A DNA stretch of 64,000 nucleotides from an uncultured Ruficoccus sp. (GCA_965140785.1 OZ223481.1:480001-544000); one strand, 5' to 3'. Shown: positions 18,170 to 30,456, counted from the first letter of the stretch. Numbers and translations: made by a program. Notes: a model not told the origin generated them from the sequence alone.

Positions 18170-18456
18170 CAGGTGTGGCGAATAGGAACGCGGCTGGCCA
18201 GCCGGGAATATCTTTCGGCGCAAACGGCTTTTACTTAAGTCACAGGTGCAGAGGAAGAAAGAGCAGTGATCCCATTTCCTACAGCTAATGCCCTATATGG
18301 AGCATCCTAATGCTTACTGCAAGTCTTACTGCGCCGGTGAATTAGGTTTGCTTTTATCCTTGTCGGTGATCATCCTCGCTTTACCGCAGCGCGCCATACC
18401 CCGGAGCCGTTAATCTTGTTTGTTCTTTATCAATCCCTAACCCCCATCCCCCGTCT

Positions 18457-18972
18457 ATGTGCATAAAAAAACTGCGTGAATACCTGGACGCCCACGGTGT
18501 GAAGTATGTCACCGTGAGCCATTCGCTGGCCTACTCCGCTCAGGAGGTGGCGGCTTGCGTTCATGTCTCGGGCCGGGAACTGGCCAAAGTCGTCATAGTG
18601 ACGATGCATAACCAGTTGGCCATGGTCGTCCTGCCCGCCAGCTACCATATCGACTTCCAGCGACTCAATCAGGCGCTCCACAGCAAGGAGATGTACCTGG
18701 CCCAGGAAGCGGACTTCGTCGATCGTTTTCCGGACTGCGAGCCGGGTGCGATGCCGCCCTTCGGCAATCTTTACGGGATGGATGTCTTCGTGGCCCAGAG
18801 CCTGACCGAGGACGACACCATCACCTTTAACGCCGGAACGCACACGGATGCCATCACCATGCCCTACACGGATTTCGCCCGCCTGGTCGAGCCCAGGGTT
18901 ATCAGCTTCACGGACAGGCTTCGCGGCTGCGAGGAGCAGCCGGCCACCGCCACCGCCACCGCCACTCTCTAA
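18457..18972 (+). CDS. YbaK/ProX-family aminoacyl-tRNA deacylase
   Basis: LAKVVI, FPDCEPGAMPPFG, FNAGTH. Confidence 0.9.
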   Translation: MCIKKLREYLDAHGVKYVTVSHSLAYSAQEVAACVHVSGRELAKVVIVTMHNQLAMVVLPASYHIDFQRLNQALHSKEMYLAQEADFVDRFPDCEPGAMPPFGNLYGMDVFVAQSLTEDDTITFNAGTHTDAITMPYTDFARLVEPRVISFTDRLRGCEEQPATATATATL

Positions 18973-18998
18973 CCCACGGGACTATGGACGGGATTTTT

Positions 18999-19038
18999 AA
19001 ACAAAACGGAGAAGGCCGGAGCCTTCTCCGTTTTGTTT
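18999..19038. terminator. Intrinsic terminator (potentially bidirectional) after the ybaK-like gene
   Basis: Perfect 18-bp stem AAACAAAACGGAGAAGGC-CGGA-GCCTTCTCCGTTTTGTTT. Confidence 0.85.
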
Positions 19039-19168
19039 GGTGGACTTTGGTTCGCCTTTATTCGTCTGGATGCCTGTAGCTCCCCGGCGGGACTGCCCCC
19101 CCGCCATCCAACGGGCAGTCCCGCCGGTTCACTTTTTCTCACCGCTTGAACCTAAACTGTTACCCCCG

Positions 19169-21250
19169 ATGAAAGATTTCCACGCCGTTGATATCCGTAA
19201 TTGTGCCTTGGTCGGACACGTCTCGACCGGAAAAACCCTCCTCTGCGACGCCATGCTCGTGTGTGCCGGGCAAATAGGCAAAGTCGGGAGCATTGAGGCC
19301 GGCTCGAGCGTGTCCGATCATCACGCGGATGAACGCGAGCACCAGATGTCCGTCCATGCCACCCTCCTGCATACCGAGTGGCTGGGCAAGAAGTTCAACC
19401 TCATCGACTGCCCCGGCGCGGCGGACTTCATCAGCGAGCCGCTGAGCGCCCTGCGGGTGGCGGACTTTGCGCTGGTCGTGGTCAACGCCTGCCACGGCAT
19501 CGAGCCGGGCGCCGACATGGTGTACGAGACCGCACGCACCTACGACCTGCCGCGCATGATCGCGGTCAACCTGTTGGACAAGGAGAACACCGCCTTCGAT
19601 CGTGTGCTGGAGGAGGCTCGCTCGCACTACGGCACCAAGGTCTTCCCCATGACCATCCCACTCAACGCCGGGCCGGGCTTCAATCAGGTGCTCGACGTCA
19701 TGCGCAACGAGGTCATCACCTATGCCACCGACGGCAGCGGCCAGTACGAGGAGGCCCCCGCCACGGGCGAGCTGGCCGCGCGCGTCAAGGCCCTGCACAA
19801 GGAGTTGATCGAGTACGTGGCTGAGACTGACGACTCGCTCATGGAGCTGTTTTTCGAGAAGGAGACCCTCTCCGAGGACGAGCTGCGCGAGCACCTGCAT
19901 GCCGCCATCCAGCAGCGGGTCGTGGTGCCGCTTTTCGCCGTCTCGGGCGCAACCAATGTCGGCGTCTCGCGCATGATGGACATCATCGCCAAGTACGGCT
20001 CCTCCCCCGTGGACCGCAAGAAGATCGCCGCGAACGGGGCGGACGGCAGCGACACCAAGGTGGCGCTCGACGGGCCCGACCCGTGCCTCTTCGTCTTCAA
20101 GACGCTGAACGAGCAGCACGTCGGCGGGCTGTCGTTCTTTCGCGTGTACTCGGGCAGCGTGCACCACGGCATGGATCTGCGCAATGTCTCGCGCCAGAGC
20201 ACCGAGCGCATGGGGCAGATTTTCCTGCTCAACGGTCGCGAGCGCATGGCGGTGGGGCACCTCAACAGCGGGGACATCGGCGCGGCGGTCAAGCTGCGCG
20301 ATACCCACACCGGCGACACCCTCTGCGGCGGCCAGCTCAGCGTGACCCTGCCCACGGTGGCTTTTCCCGAGCCGAACATCCACGGCGCCCTCCAGGTCGC
20401 CTCCCGCAGCGACGAGGAGAAGATTTCCCAGGGGCTGCACGAGCTTCAGGAGGAGGACCCGACCTTCGTCTCGCGCTACGATCCCGAGCTTAAGCAGACC
20501 ATCATCTCCGGTCAGGGCGAGGTGCAGTTGAAAATCGCCGCCGAGGAGATCAAGCGCCGCTACAACGTGGACATTTCCCTGGTCGAGCCGCGCGTGCCCT
20601 ACCGTGAAACCATCCGCACCGGGGCCGAGAGCAGGTACCGCCACAAGAAGCAGAGCGGCGGGGCCGGGCAGTTCGCCGAGGTGTGGATGCGCGTCGAGCC
20701 GCTCCCGCGCGGTTCCGGGGTGGAGTTCACCCACTCGCTTGTGGGCAACAATGTTGACCGCGTCTTCGTCGCCTCGGTCGAGAAGGGCGTCCGTGCCGCC
20801 TGCGAGGAGGGTGTGGTCGGTGGCTTCCACATCCAGGACGTGAAGATCGACTTCTACGACGGCAAGCAGCACCCGGTCGATTCCAAGGACATCGCCTTCC
20901 AGATCGCGGGCAAGGCCGCCTTTCAGGAGGCCTTCCGCAACGCTCAGCCCTGCCTGCTGGAGCCGATCATGACCATCCGTGTGACTGTCCCCGAGGACTG
21001 CGTGGGAGACGTCATGGGCGACCTCTCCAGCCGCCGGGGCCGCATTAACGGTATCGACACGGCGGGCAAGTTTCAGGTCATCGACGCCTCCGTGCCCCAG
21101 GGCGAACTCTACCGCTACGCCACCCATCTGCGTTCCCTCACCGCCGGACGCGGTCGCCACAGCGAGAGCTTCAGCCACTACGAGGAAGTTCCCTACGACA
21201 GGGAGTCCCGCATCCTCGACCGCGCCCAGCAGCTTGCCACCGCCGGCTAG
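19169..21250 (+). CDS. fusA: Elongation factor G paralogue (EF-G2 type)
   Basis: EF-G domains I-V (KKQSGGAGQF, DGKQHPVDS, LLEPI); divergent G motifs GHVSTGKT, DCPG, NLLD. Confidence 0.92.
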   Translation: MKDFHAVDIRNCALVGHVSTGKTLLCDAMLVCAGQIGKVGSIEAGSSVSDHHADEREHQMSVHATLLHTEWLGKKFNLIDCPGAADFISEPLSALRVADFALVVVNACHGIEPGADMVYETARTYDLPRMIAVNLLDKENTAFDRVLEEARSHYGTKVFPMTIPLNAGPGFNQVLDVMRNEVITYATDGSGQYEEAPATGELAARVKALHKELIEYVAETDDSLMELFFEKETLSEDELREHLHAAIQQRVVVPLFAVSGATNVGVSRMMDIIAKYGSSPVDRKKIAANGADGSDTKVALDGPDPCLFVFKTLNEQHVGGLSFFRVYSGSVHHGMDLRNVSRQSTERMGQIFLLNGRERMAVGHLNSGDIGAAVKLRDTHTGDTLCGGQLSVTLPTVAFPEPNIHGALQVASRSDEEKISQGLHELQEEDPTFVSRYDPELKQTIISGQGEVQLKIAAEEIKRRYNVDISLVEPRVPYRETIRTGAESRYRHKKQSGGAGQFAEVWMRVEPLPRGSGVEFTHSLVGNNVDRVFVASVEKGVRAACEEGVVGGFHIQDVKIDFYDGKQHPVDSKDIAFQIAGKAAFQEAFRNAQPCLLEPIMTIRVTVPEDCVGDVMGDLSSRRGRINGIDTAGKFQVIDASVPQGELYRYATHLRSLTAGRGRHSESFSHYEEVPYDRESRILDRAQQLATAG

Positions 21251-21333
21251 GCGGTGTGCGCGCCGCACGGGATTTTACACGGTGGCGTGTGCGTGTGCGT
21301 TTCGGATGCGTATCCAAAAAATGGATACGATCA

Positions 21334-22605
21334 CTACTTCCACGAGTAGCGGGCGGCGTTGCCGAGCTCGCGTTCGATTTCGAGGAGGCGGTTGTACTTG
21401 GCGATGCGTTCGCCGCGGCTGGCCGATCCGGTCTTGAGGTGGCCGCCGTCCATGGCCACGGCGAAGTCGGCGAGGAAGGCGTCCTCGGTCTCGCCCGAGC
21501 GGTGCGAGAGGAAGTAACGCCAACCGGCCTCGCGGCACATGCGGACGGCCGCGATGCTTTCGGTCACGGTGCCGATCTGGTTGAGCTTGATCAGGCAGGA
21601 GTTGGCGACGCCCTGCTCGATACCTTTGGCGATGTACTTGGTGTTGGTGACAAAGATGTCGTCGCCGACGACTTCGATTTTATCGCCGTAGGCTTTCATG
21701 AACTTTTTAAAGCCGTCCCAGTCGTCTTCGCACAGCGGGTCTTCCCAGAGCACGATGGGGTAGCGTTCGAGCCATTGGCCCGCCTTGGCGATGAGGTCGT
21801 CGCTGCTCATCTTGCCCTCGCCGGACCAGGACAAGTCGTATTGGCCGGGCGTATCGGTGGCGAAGGAGTTGGCCGCGTTGTCCACGGCGATGGCGATGTC
21901 TTCGCCGGGGGTGCGCCCGGTCTTTTCAATCGCCTGGATGATCGACTCGATGGCGTCCTCGTTGCTTTTGAAGTCCGGGGCGAAGCCGCCCTCGTCGCCG
22001 ACGCTGGTGGCCAGACCGCGGTCCTGGAGGATTTTTTTCAGCGCGTGAAACGTCTCGGCCACATAGCGCAGCCCCTCGGCAAAGGTCGGCGCGCCGATGG
22101 GCACGGCCATGAACTCCTGAAAATCGACGCTGTTGTCGGAGTGCTCGCCGCCGTTGACGATGTTCATGCACGGGACGGGGATGCGGGTGGCGCCGGTGCC
22201 GCCGAGATGGGCGTAGAGCGGGAGCTTCATGGAGGTCGCGGCGGCGCGGGCTACGGCCATGGACACGCCCAGGATGGCGTTGGCCCCGAGCTTGCTTTTG
22301 TTTTCGGTGCCGTCGAGCTCGATCATGCGCTGATCGATCTGCGTCTGCGCGTGAGCGGGCATGCCTTTGAGGGCGGGCCCGATGATCTCGACCACGTTAT
22401 GGACGGCCTGCTGGACGCCCTTGCCCTCGTAGCGGGACTTGTCGCCGTCGCGCAGTTCCAGGGCCTCGTGCTTGCCGGTGGAAGCGCCGGAGGGGACCGA
22501 GGCGGAAACTTGCGTTCCGTCCTCGAGCGTTACGTAGGCGCGAACAGTGGGGTTGCCCCGCGAGTCCAGAATCTCCAGGGCATCAATGGCTGCTATCTTA
22601 CTCAT
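21334..22605 (-). CDS. eno: Enolase
   Basis: ILDSRGNPTV, VPSGASTG, GDEGGFAP, SHRSGETED. Confidence 0.98.
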   Translation of the reverse strand: MSKIAAIDALEILDSRGNPTVRAYVTLEDGTQVSASVPSGASTGKHEALELRDGDKSRYEGKGVQQAVHNVVEIIGPALKGMPAHAQTQIDQRMIELDGTENKSKLGANAILGVSMAVARAAATSMKLPLYAHLGGTGATRIPVPCMNIVNGGEHSDNSVDFQEFMAVPIGAPTFAEGLRYVAETFHALKKILQDRGLATSVGDEGGFAPDFKSNEDAIESIIQAIEKTGRTPGEDIAIAVDNAANSFATDTPGQYDLSWSGEGKMSSDDLIAKAGQWLERYPIVLWEDPLCEDDWDGFKKFMKAYGDKIEVVGDDIFVTNTKYIAKGIEQGVANSCLIKLNQIGTVTESIAAVRMCREAGWRYFLSHRSGETEDAFLADFAVAMDGGHLKTGSASRGERIAKYNRLLEIERELGNAARYSWK

Positions 22606-22817
22606 GCGTGTGTCCTCAGTTGGAGTGGGTCCGCTCAAGCGTGAGCGGTGCCGGTGTTTCTACCGGGCTCCAGTTTTTAAGACAATGCAATAAGGGCATC
22701 GGTTCCCGACTGAGTGGAGGCGACCGAGATTCGTCGAGTCAAGGAAACGGAAAACGGACCCATAGCCGACCCCCTCATGCGGATCTAACGCCGAGCGTTT
22801 GCTAAAGCGAAAGTGCT

Positions 22818-23927
22818 CTAGCGGCGGATGAGGACGAGTTCGTCGCGGTGGATGACTTCGACGTGCTTGCGGGCAGGGTGGAGGGCGTGGATTTCGTCGG
22901 AGTCCTTGCCGAGGATTTGTGTCAGGTCGTCAATACCGAACCCGGCCAGGCCGCGGGCGACCGGTTCGCCTTTGGGGCCGAGGACGGAGACGACTTCGCC
23001 GCGGGCGAACTTGCCTTCGGCGGCAGTGACGCCCTTGGCCAGCAGGCTGGAGCCTTTTTCGCGTAAAGCTTTGACGGCCCCTGCGTCCACGCTGAGGCGT
23101 CCGCGCGGCTCCTCGAACCACGCCAGCCAGCGCTTGCGCGAGCCCATGGGCAGGCGGCTGGGGATAAAGATCGTGCCGGTGGCGTGCCCGGCGAAAAGGT
23201 CGGCGATGATGGACGGCTTAGCGCCTCTGCCGATGAAGACGCCGCAGCCGGATTTGGTGGCGAGGCGGGCGGCCTGGATTTTCGTGATCATGCCGCCGGT
23301 GCCGACCACCGTGCCGGTTCCTCCGGCCATGGCCTCGATGGCGGGGGTGATGGTCTCGACCACGGGGAGAATCTCGCCGCTGCCCTTCATGTCCACCAGG
23401 CCGGGGGCGGTGGAGAGGATGAGGAGCAGTTGGGACTTGGTCATGGAGGCGACCAGGGCTGAGAGCACGTCGTTGTCGCCGAACTTGATCTCGGCGGCGC
23501 TGACGGTGTCGTTCTCGTTGACGATGGGCACGATGCCCTCGCTGAGCAGTTCCTCGAAAAGGTCCTTGATCGCGACGTGGCGCTTGCGCGAGCGCACGTC
23601 TTCGCGGGTGAGCAGGAGCTGCCCGACGTGGATGCCGTGCGGGGCAAAGGCCTGCTGCCACAGCTCGGTGAGCAGGCTCTGCCCGACGGCGGCACACTTC
23701 TGGAGGGCGGCCAGCCGGGTAGGGCGCCGGGTCAGTCCGAGCCGTCCCCGGCCCAGTCCGACCGCGCCGGAGCTGACCAGCACGACCTGCAGGCCGCGCT
23801 GCTTGAGGGCGGCGATCTCGTGGGCGATCCCGGCCACGACGTCCGTGTTGAGGTCGCCCGAGCCGGAGGTGAGCACGCCGGTGCCGAGCTTGATCACGAC
23901 GCGGCGGGCGTTTTCCAGAAAGTGCAT
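22818..23927 (-). CDS. proB: Glutamate 5-kinase
   Basis: VIKLGT, VSSGAV, NENDTV, FGDND, GTGGMITK, C-terminal PUA domain. Confidence 0.97.
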   Translation of the reverse strand: MHFLENARRVVIKLGTGVLTSGSGDLNTDVVAGIAHEIAALKQRGLQVVLVSSGAVGLGRGRLGLTRRPTRLAALQKCAAVGQSLLTELWQQAFAPHGIHVGQLLLTREDVRSRKRHVAIKDLFEELLSEGIVPIVNENDTVSAAEIKFGDNDVLSALVASMTKSQLLLILSTAPGLVDMKGSGEILPVVETITPAIEAMAGGTGTVVGTGGMITKIQAARLATKSGCGVFIGRGAKPSIIADLFAGHATGTIFIPSRLPMGSRKRWLAWFEEPRGRLSVDAGAVKALREKGSSLLAKGVTAAEGKFARGEVVSVLGPKGEPVARGLAGFGIDDLTQILGKDSDEIHALHPARKHVEVIHRDELVLIRR

Positions 23928-23946
23928 GGCGGTGTTGGCGCTGGGT

Positions 23947-23989
23947 AAAAAGAAAGCGGCCGGGCCGTCTTGAATACGGAGCCGGCCGC
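23947..23989 (-). terminator. Probable intrinsic terminator after frr
   Basis: GCGGCCGG/CCGGCCGC stem followed by TTTCTTTTT on the minus strand. Confidence 0.6.
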
Positions 23990-24012
23990 CGGATGAAAGA
24001 TCTGTGTGTGTT

Positions 24013-24573
24013 TTAGACCGTGGTCAGTTCCTCTTCCTTGTCCTTGAGGGCTTCTTCGATCTGTTTGACAAAGCTGTCCGTCAGGCTCTGGACTTCCTTT
24101 TCGCCGCGCTTTTCGTCGTCCTCGGAGATTTCCTTGTCCTTGAGGGCCTGCTTGAGGGCGCTCATGCCTTCCTGGCGGGCGGCGCGGATGCCGACGCGTC
24201 CGGCTTCGCCCAGCTGGCTGGCCATCTTGACCAGTTCCTTGCGGCGCTCACCGGAGAGGTCGGGCAGGGGGCAGATGACGAGCGTGCCGCGCACGACGGG
24301 GTTGAGCCCGAGGCCGGCGGTCTGGATGGCCTTTTCGACGGCCTTGAGTACGCCCTTGTCCCAGGGCTGGATGGAAATGGTGCGCGAGTCGGGGGTGGTG
24401 ATGGCGGCCACTTCCATCAGGCGCATGTTGCTGCCATAGGCGTCCACCGTGACATTTTCCACCATGGCGGGCGAAGCCTTGCCGGTGTGGATGGTGTTGA
24501 ATTCGTGCAGGGTATGGTCGAGGGCTTTCTGCATCTCAGACCGGGTATTCTTGATAATTGCTTCGGGCGTCAT
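24013..24573 (-). CDS. frr: Ribosome recycling factor
   Basis: HTGKASP, IQPWDK, ERRKELVK, ISEDD. Confidence 0.97.
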   Translation of the reverse strand: MTPEAIIKNTRSEMQKALDHTLHEFNTIHTGKASPAMVENVTVDAYGSNMRLMEVAAITTPDSRTISIQPWDKGVLKAVEKAIQTAGLGLNPVVRGTLVICPLPDLSGERRKELVKMASQLGEAGRVGIRAARQEGMSALKQALKDKEISEDDEKRGEKEVQSLTDSFVKQIEEALKDKEEELTTV

Positions 24574-24679
24574 AGTTGGGATGGGTTTTCTTGAGGGAAC
24601 AGGATTACAGGATTTGGCCGGATGAACAGGCTAAAGTTTAGCCGCTCCGGCGTGATTGCGACCAGGCGGCCCCGGTCGG

Positions 24680-25426
24680 CTACTCGTGGACGAGAGTGCC
24701 GACGTCATTGCCGAGGACGGCGTTGAGGATGCTGTCGGGCTCGTGCATGTTGAAGACGAGGATCGGCACGTCGTTGTCCATGCACAGGGAGAAGGCGGTC
24801 GCGTCCATGATCTTGAGGCGCTTGCCGAGGGCCTCGGAGAAGCTCAGCTCGTCGTATTTGACGGCGTCGTCGGACTTCATCGGGTCTTTGTTGTAAACGC
24901 CGTCCACTTTGGTCGCTTTCATGATAACGTCGGCGTGGATCTCGCTGGCGCGCAGGGCGGCGGTGGTGTCGGTGGAGAAATACGGGTTGCCGGTGCCGGC
25001 GACGAAGATGACGACGCGCCCCTTCTCCATATGGCGCACGGCGCGGCGCAGGATGAACGGCTCAGCCACCTTGTCCATGGGGATGGCGGTCTGCACGCGC
25101 ACGGGTACGCCGTTTTTTTCCAGGCAGTCCATCAGGGCGAGACCGTTAATGGTGGTGGCGAGCATGCCCATGGTATCGCCGGTGGTGCGGTCCACGTTGC
25201 GGTGCTCGGCCCCCAGCTGCCCGCGGAAGATGTTCCCTCCGCCGACGACGAGCCCGATCTGCACGCCCAGGTCGTGGACTTTTTTTACCTCGGCGCAAAC
25301 GGTCTGGAGAATGTCCCCGTCGATGGGGTCGCCGGTCTCGGTATTGCGAAGCGCTTCGCCGCTCAGTTTAAGCACGATGCGCTTGAATTTTGATTGCGCA
25401 GGTTCGTCAGCCAGTTGATCCACCAT
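24680..25426 (-). CDS. pyrH: UMP kinase
   Basis: [26 protein letters not shown]. Confidence 0.98.
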   Translation of the reverse strand: MVDQLADEPAQSKFKRIVLKLSGEALRNTETGDPIDGDILQTVCAEVKKVHDLGVQIGLVVGGGNIFRGQLGAEHRNVDRTTGDTMGMLATTINGLALMDCLEKNGVPVRVQTAIPMDKVAEPFILRRAVRHMEKGRVVIFVAGTGNPYFSTDTTAALRASEIHADVIMKATKVDGVYNKDPMKSDDAVKYDELSFSEALGKRLKIMDATAFSLCMDNDVPILVFNMHEPDSILNAVLGNDVGTLVHE

Positions 25427-25549
25427 ATGTCAAAAATCTATGGGGCAGCGTGCCGCCGCCGTCAACCACTTGCTTTGGCGCTCGCACAATCCATCCGCAT
25501 CAAATTCTTGACGCCGGGGCCGAAATGGGTACTTTCGCGCTTTTCCAGT

Positions 25550-25623
25550 AGGTCCGTGGTGTAATGGTAGCACAGCAGTTTTTGGTACTGCTTGTCGGGG
25601 TTCGAATCCCTGCGGACCTGCCA
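25550..25623 (+). tRNA. tRNA-Gln (UUG)
   Basis: AGGTCCG acceptor / CGGACCT-G-CCA; anticodon arm GCAGT-TTTTGGT-ACTGC; GGTTCGAATCC. Confidence 0.96.
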
Positions 25624-25831
25624 GCGGAGGCCTCCGCTGGCCTTGAAGAGCTTTGCCCTTGCGCCGCCAGAAAGGCGGCTATCCCTCCCCGGGTATGAGT
25701 CTTTTCCGCTGGAGGATTTTGTCTGGAGTAGCTTTCGTGTCGCGGACTTTGGGTTTCTACTGCTGCGTTTCGAGGCAAGCGTCCATCTGGCACTGATGAC
25801 GCGCAAGCCCATGAAAAGCCCGCGCGTGTAA

Positions 25832-27592
<1,761 letters not shown>

Positions 27593-27864
27593 TTAGGGAG
27601 CAGATGTATGAGCCGCTTTAGGCCGATTATATACGGCTCGTCGGTCTGATTCCCCAGTCATAGATGCGTTCTTAGCAGCTGATGCTGACAAGAATCCGCC
27701 CTACTGGCTGTCACGGGTCGTCCTGGGGGTGTCCCGCTAGTTCTTAGAGGGCTAACACTCCCTGGGTGGGCCAGACTTACCTCAATTGACGCTGCCTTTA
27801 TTGACAAGGCAGCGGGCGGGATAATCGTGGCAGGGCTACCAGTGCTTAGCAGCGTTATCTACAG

Positions 27865-28348
27865 ATGCGTATCTCGGTAAATCCCTTTCATAAAATCCGG
27901 AACCGGCTCAAAGCGGGACAGCTTAAGCCGGAGGCACTGGATTTTGCAGTCAGCGAAAGACTGCCGCCGCTGGATGTCCGGGTGATGGACAGTGTGCTCT
28001 ACCAGAATGGCAAGGAGTCGGTCGTCCTGTACTATGGGGAGCGCAAAAAAAAACCTTTATCGCGTACGTCTGTGGCTGGACGGCCGGGATCTACCTCAAT
28101 TGGCCGAAGCCCGCTACCGCTTCCCTTCCAGGGCGCGGTTGACGGATCAACCCGTTTCCCGGCGGATCGATAACCCGCGCTGCGAGATCTTCATCTGGGC
28201 CGGTGGTCTGCTGGAGTTGGCGGCGGAGTTGACGCTGAAGGACGGACGCAGCTACACCCTGCGCCATGAACTGGGCTTCGACCGGGAGCTGAAAGGAGCC
28301 CGTCCGACATTTATCGAGGTGGCGGCTACCGGCGCTCCCGTGGCCTGA
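27865..28348 (+). pseudogene. pYEATS-like domain protein split by a frameshift in an A9 run
   Basis: Two overlapping frames join at A9 (28045-28053); A8 would fuse them into about 160 aa with YRVRLWLDGRDL...IFIWAGG...LKDG...HEL. Confidence 0.55.
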
Positions 28349-28434
28349 GGGCGAGATCTCTAAACTCCGGCATCGGGCCGGTAGTTAACAGGCTCCGCTC
28401 TCCTGTACGGATTGATGGATACAGGCGAGGCCGA

Positions 28435-29145
28435 TTATTTAAAATCGTCGATCGTCGGCAGGTTGCTGGAGAACTGAATGTCGCCCCAGCTTTCCTCGCC
28501 GCCACCGCCGGCATTGGCGGGTTCGCCGGCCGCGGGGGTTTTGTCGATGATGTGCTGAGCGATGGCCTTTTCGATGGCGTTTTCGGCCCAGTAGCCATTG
28601 CGCAGTTCCCAGTCCGAGGGCTCGTAGCCGTATTTTTCCAGCACGGCCAGGATAATGGAGGATTCCGGGGTAGCGCTGGTGCCAGCGAGCAGGCCTTTTT
28701 CCTCGTGCCGCCGGATAGCCTCAGCGGCGATAAAGGGTGGCAGCACCCGCTCGTAGCTGGGATGGACAGTGTAGTTGCTGGCCCAGCGGGACCAGGCTTC
28801 ACGCGAGATGGAGCGTTCGGTGCCGGTAACGGCCTCGTAGTAGTAAACCCGCCGCTTGGACATGCGTTTGACCAGGGCCACCGTGGAGAGGCCGTCCTGG
28901 GAGATTTCCAGCCAGTCGAGCGGGCGGGGTTTTTCCACAGGACTGCGGGTGCCGGAGATGTCTTCCGGCGCTTCGAGGAACTTCACCCCGAGGGCGCGGG
29001 AGAAGCGGACAGTCTGCTCAGCATCACGGCTCAGCGTCAGTTGTTCCTGGGAGATCAACTCACTTTGGTACTTGGCTGCGTCCTCGGCGGACTCGGCCCA
29101 GATGTACGTCACGATTTCCGTACTGACTTTGTATTTACGCATCAT
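28435..29145 (-). CDS. Hypothetical protein with Gly-rich linker and acidic C-tail
   Basis: 236-aa ORF with host-like codon usage, ends GGGGEESWGDIQF...DDFK. Confidence 0.7.
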   Translation of the reverse strand: MMRKYKVSTEIVTYIWAESAEDAAKYQSELISQEQLTLSRDAEQTVRFSRALGVKFLEAPEDISGTRSPVEKPRPLDWLEISQDGLSTVALVKRMSKRRVYYYEAVTGTERSISREAWSRWASNYTVHPSYERVLPPFIAAEAIRRHEEKGLLAGTSATPESSIILAVLEKYGYEPSDWELRNGYWAENAIEKAIAQHIIDKTPAAGEPANAGGGGEESWGDIQFSSNLPTIDDFK

Positions 29146-29551
29146 GGCGGGGGGGCAATCTAGGGGTTGTGGGCATCATCAATGCCCGGATGGGAGAGTT
29201 TGATATCAACCGTTAGGTTAGAGGTGGTCAAACAAAAAGTTTTAACACTCCCACCTTCTGTATGAATGAACTAATACTAACCTGACCATTTGCTAAAAGT
29301 CTTTGATGCTCTAGTCCTTCCAGTAGTTCTTTCTCTGTTATATACATAATTTTTACTAGTCGGACTAGGGAATGGGCCGCATGTTATTTTTAGCCTCAAT
29401 CTGTTATGCTGAGTCCCCTTAGACTCCTGTTAATCAATATGATTCCGGTTCTTCTTTCGAGGTGCGCTGTGCATTTTTTTATCTGGAAGAATAGGAAAAA
29501 CTCCTTAGTCTCTGATCTTTTGACTCGTTACTGTTTGAGAACCGCGTCCCC

Positions 29552-30442
29552 ATGCCACGTAAAATCTGCTTCGTAAACTACAAGGGCGGTGTCGGGAAAA
29601 CCTCGATGATCGTCAATATCGCCGCCTGCCTGTCTCAGAGCGGCAAAAAGGTCTTGCTTGTTGACTTGGATACGCAGTCCAACGCCAGTATCTGGCTGAT
29701 GCGTTTGGATCGCTGGAACAAGTTGAATATCAACGGCGAGGGGTCTGTTTTCTCGATTTTTGATCCCGGCGAGCAAACGTTGAAGGAGATCCTGGTCAGC
29801 GACGTGGTATCCAGCAAGACGGGTGAAAACCTCCTTCCCGGCTTCGACCTGCTGCCCACCACGTTCAACCTCGTGGACCTGGAAAACGAGTACCCGGCCG
29901 ATCCTTCCGAGCCGCCCTACCTGCGCTTCTACCGCCAGTTGAGGGAAATCGAGGCCAACTACGACTACATCCTGTTCGACTGCCCGCCGAATGTCCTGCG
30001 CGCCTCCCAGTGCGGCATCTTCTCCAGCAACGAAATTTACGTCCCGGCCAACCCCGACGCCCTCAGCCTGATCGGCTTCACCCTGCTGGTGGAGAAGCTC
30101 CTGCTCTTCCATCAGCGTTCGGCCAGCTTCCGCGAGCCGGGGATGGGGCGGCCCGCTCTGTGCCGCGGCGTCATTTTCAACTCGATCAAGGCCAATGTCG
30201 ACATCGAGGTTCCGAAGATGCGTATGCAGCTACGTATCAACCAATTCCGAAACCAGCGGAGGATTGATCCCGGCACCAAAATCTTTACCTCCCAGATTCG
30301 GGACGCCATGGTGGTACGCCGGGCGGTGACGCTCGGCCTGCCCGTCAACCTGGTCGGTCAGGTCGCCAAGGAGGAAGACTCCGTCGCCACCGATTACCAA
30401 CACGTGGCGACCGAACTTGATCAGCACGAGGTAATGGCTTAA
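29552..30442 (+). CDS. Orphan ParA/MinD-family ATPase
   Basis: KGGVGKT deviant Walker A, DLDTQSNAS, DCPP. Confidence 0.93.
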   Translation: MPRKICFVNYKGGVGKTSMIVNIAACLSQSGKKVLLVDLDTQSNASIWLMRLDRWNKLNINGEGSVFSIFDPGEQTLKEILVSDVVSSKTGENLLPGFDLLPTTFNLVDLENEYPADPSEPPYLRFYRQLREIEANYDYILFDCPPNVLRASQCGIFSSNEIYVPANPDALSLIGFTLLVEKLLLFHQRSASFREPGMGRPALCRGVIFNSIKANVDIEVPKMRMQLRINQFRNQRRIDPGTKIFTSQIRDAMVVRRAVTLGLPVNLVGQVAKEEDSVATDYQHVATELDQHEVMA

Positions 30443-30456
30443 GGTAAGGCAACGCA

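Noticed and set aside
18943..18966. (GCCACC)x4 microsatellite at the ybaK-like 3' end
   Set aside because: In-frame Ala-Thr low-complexity tail. A length change would not switch expression.
29146..29551. oriC or parS next to parA
   Set aside because: AT-rich, but no TTATCCACA cluster or TGTTTCACGTGAAACA palindrome, and no dnaA or parB nearby.
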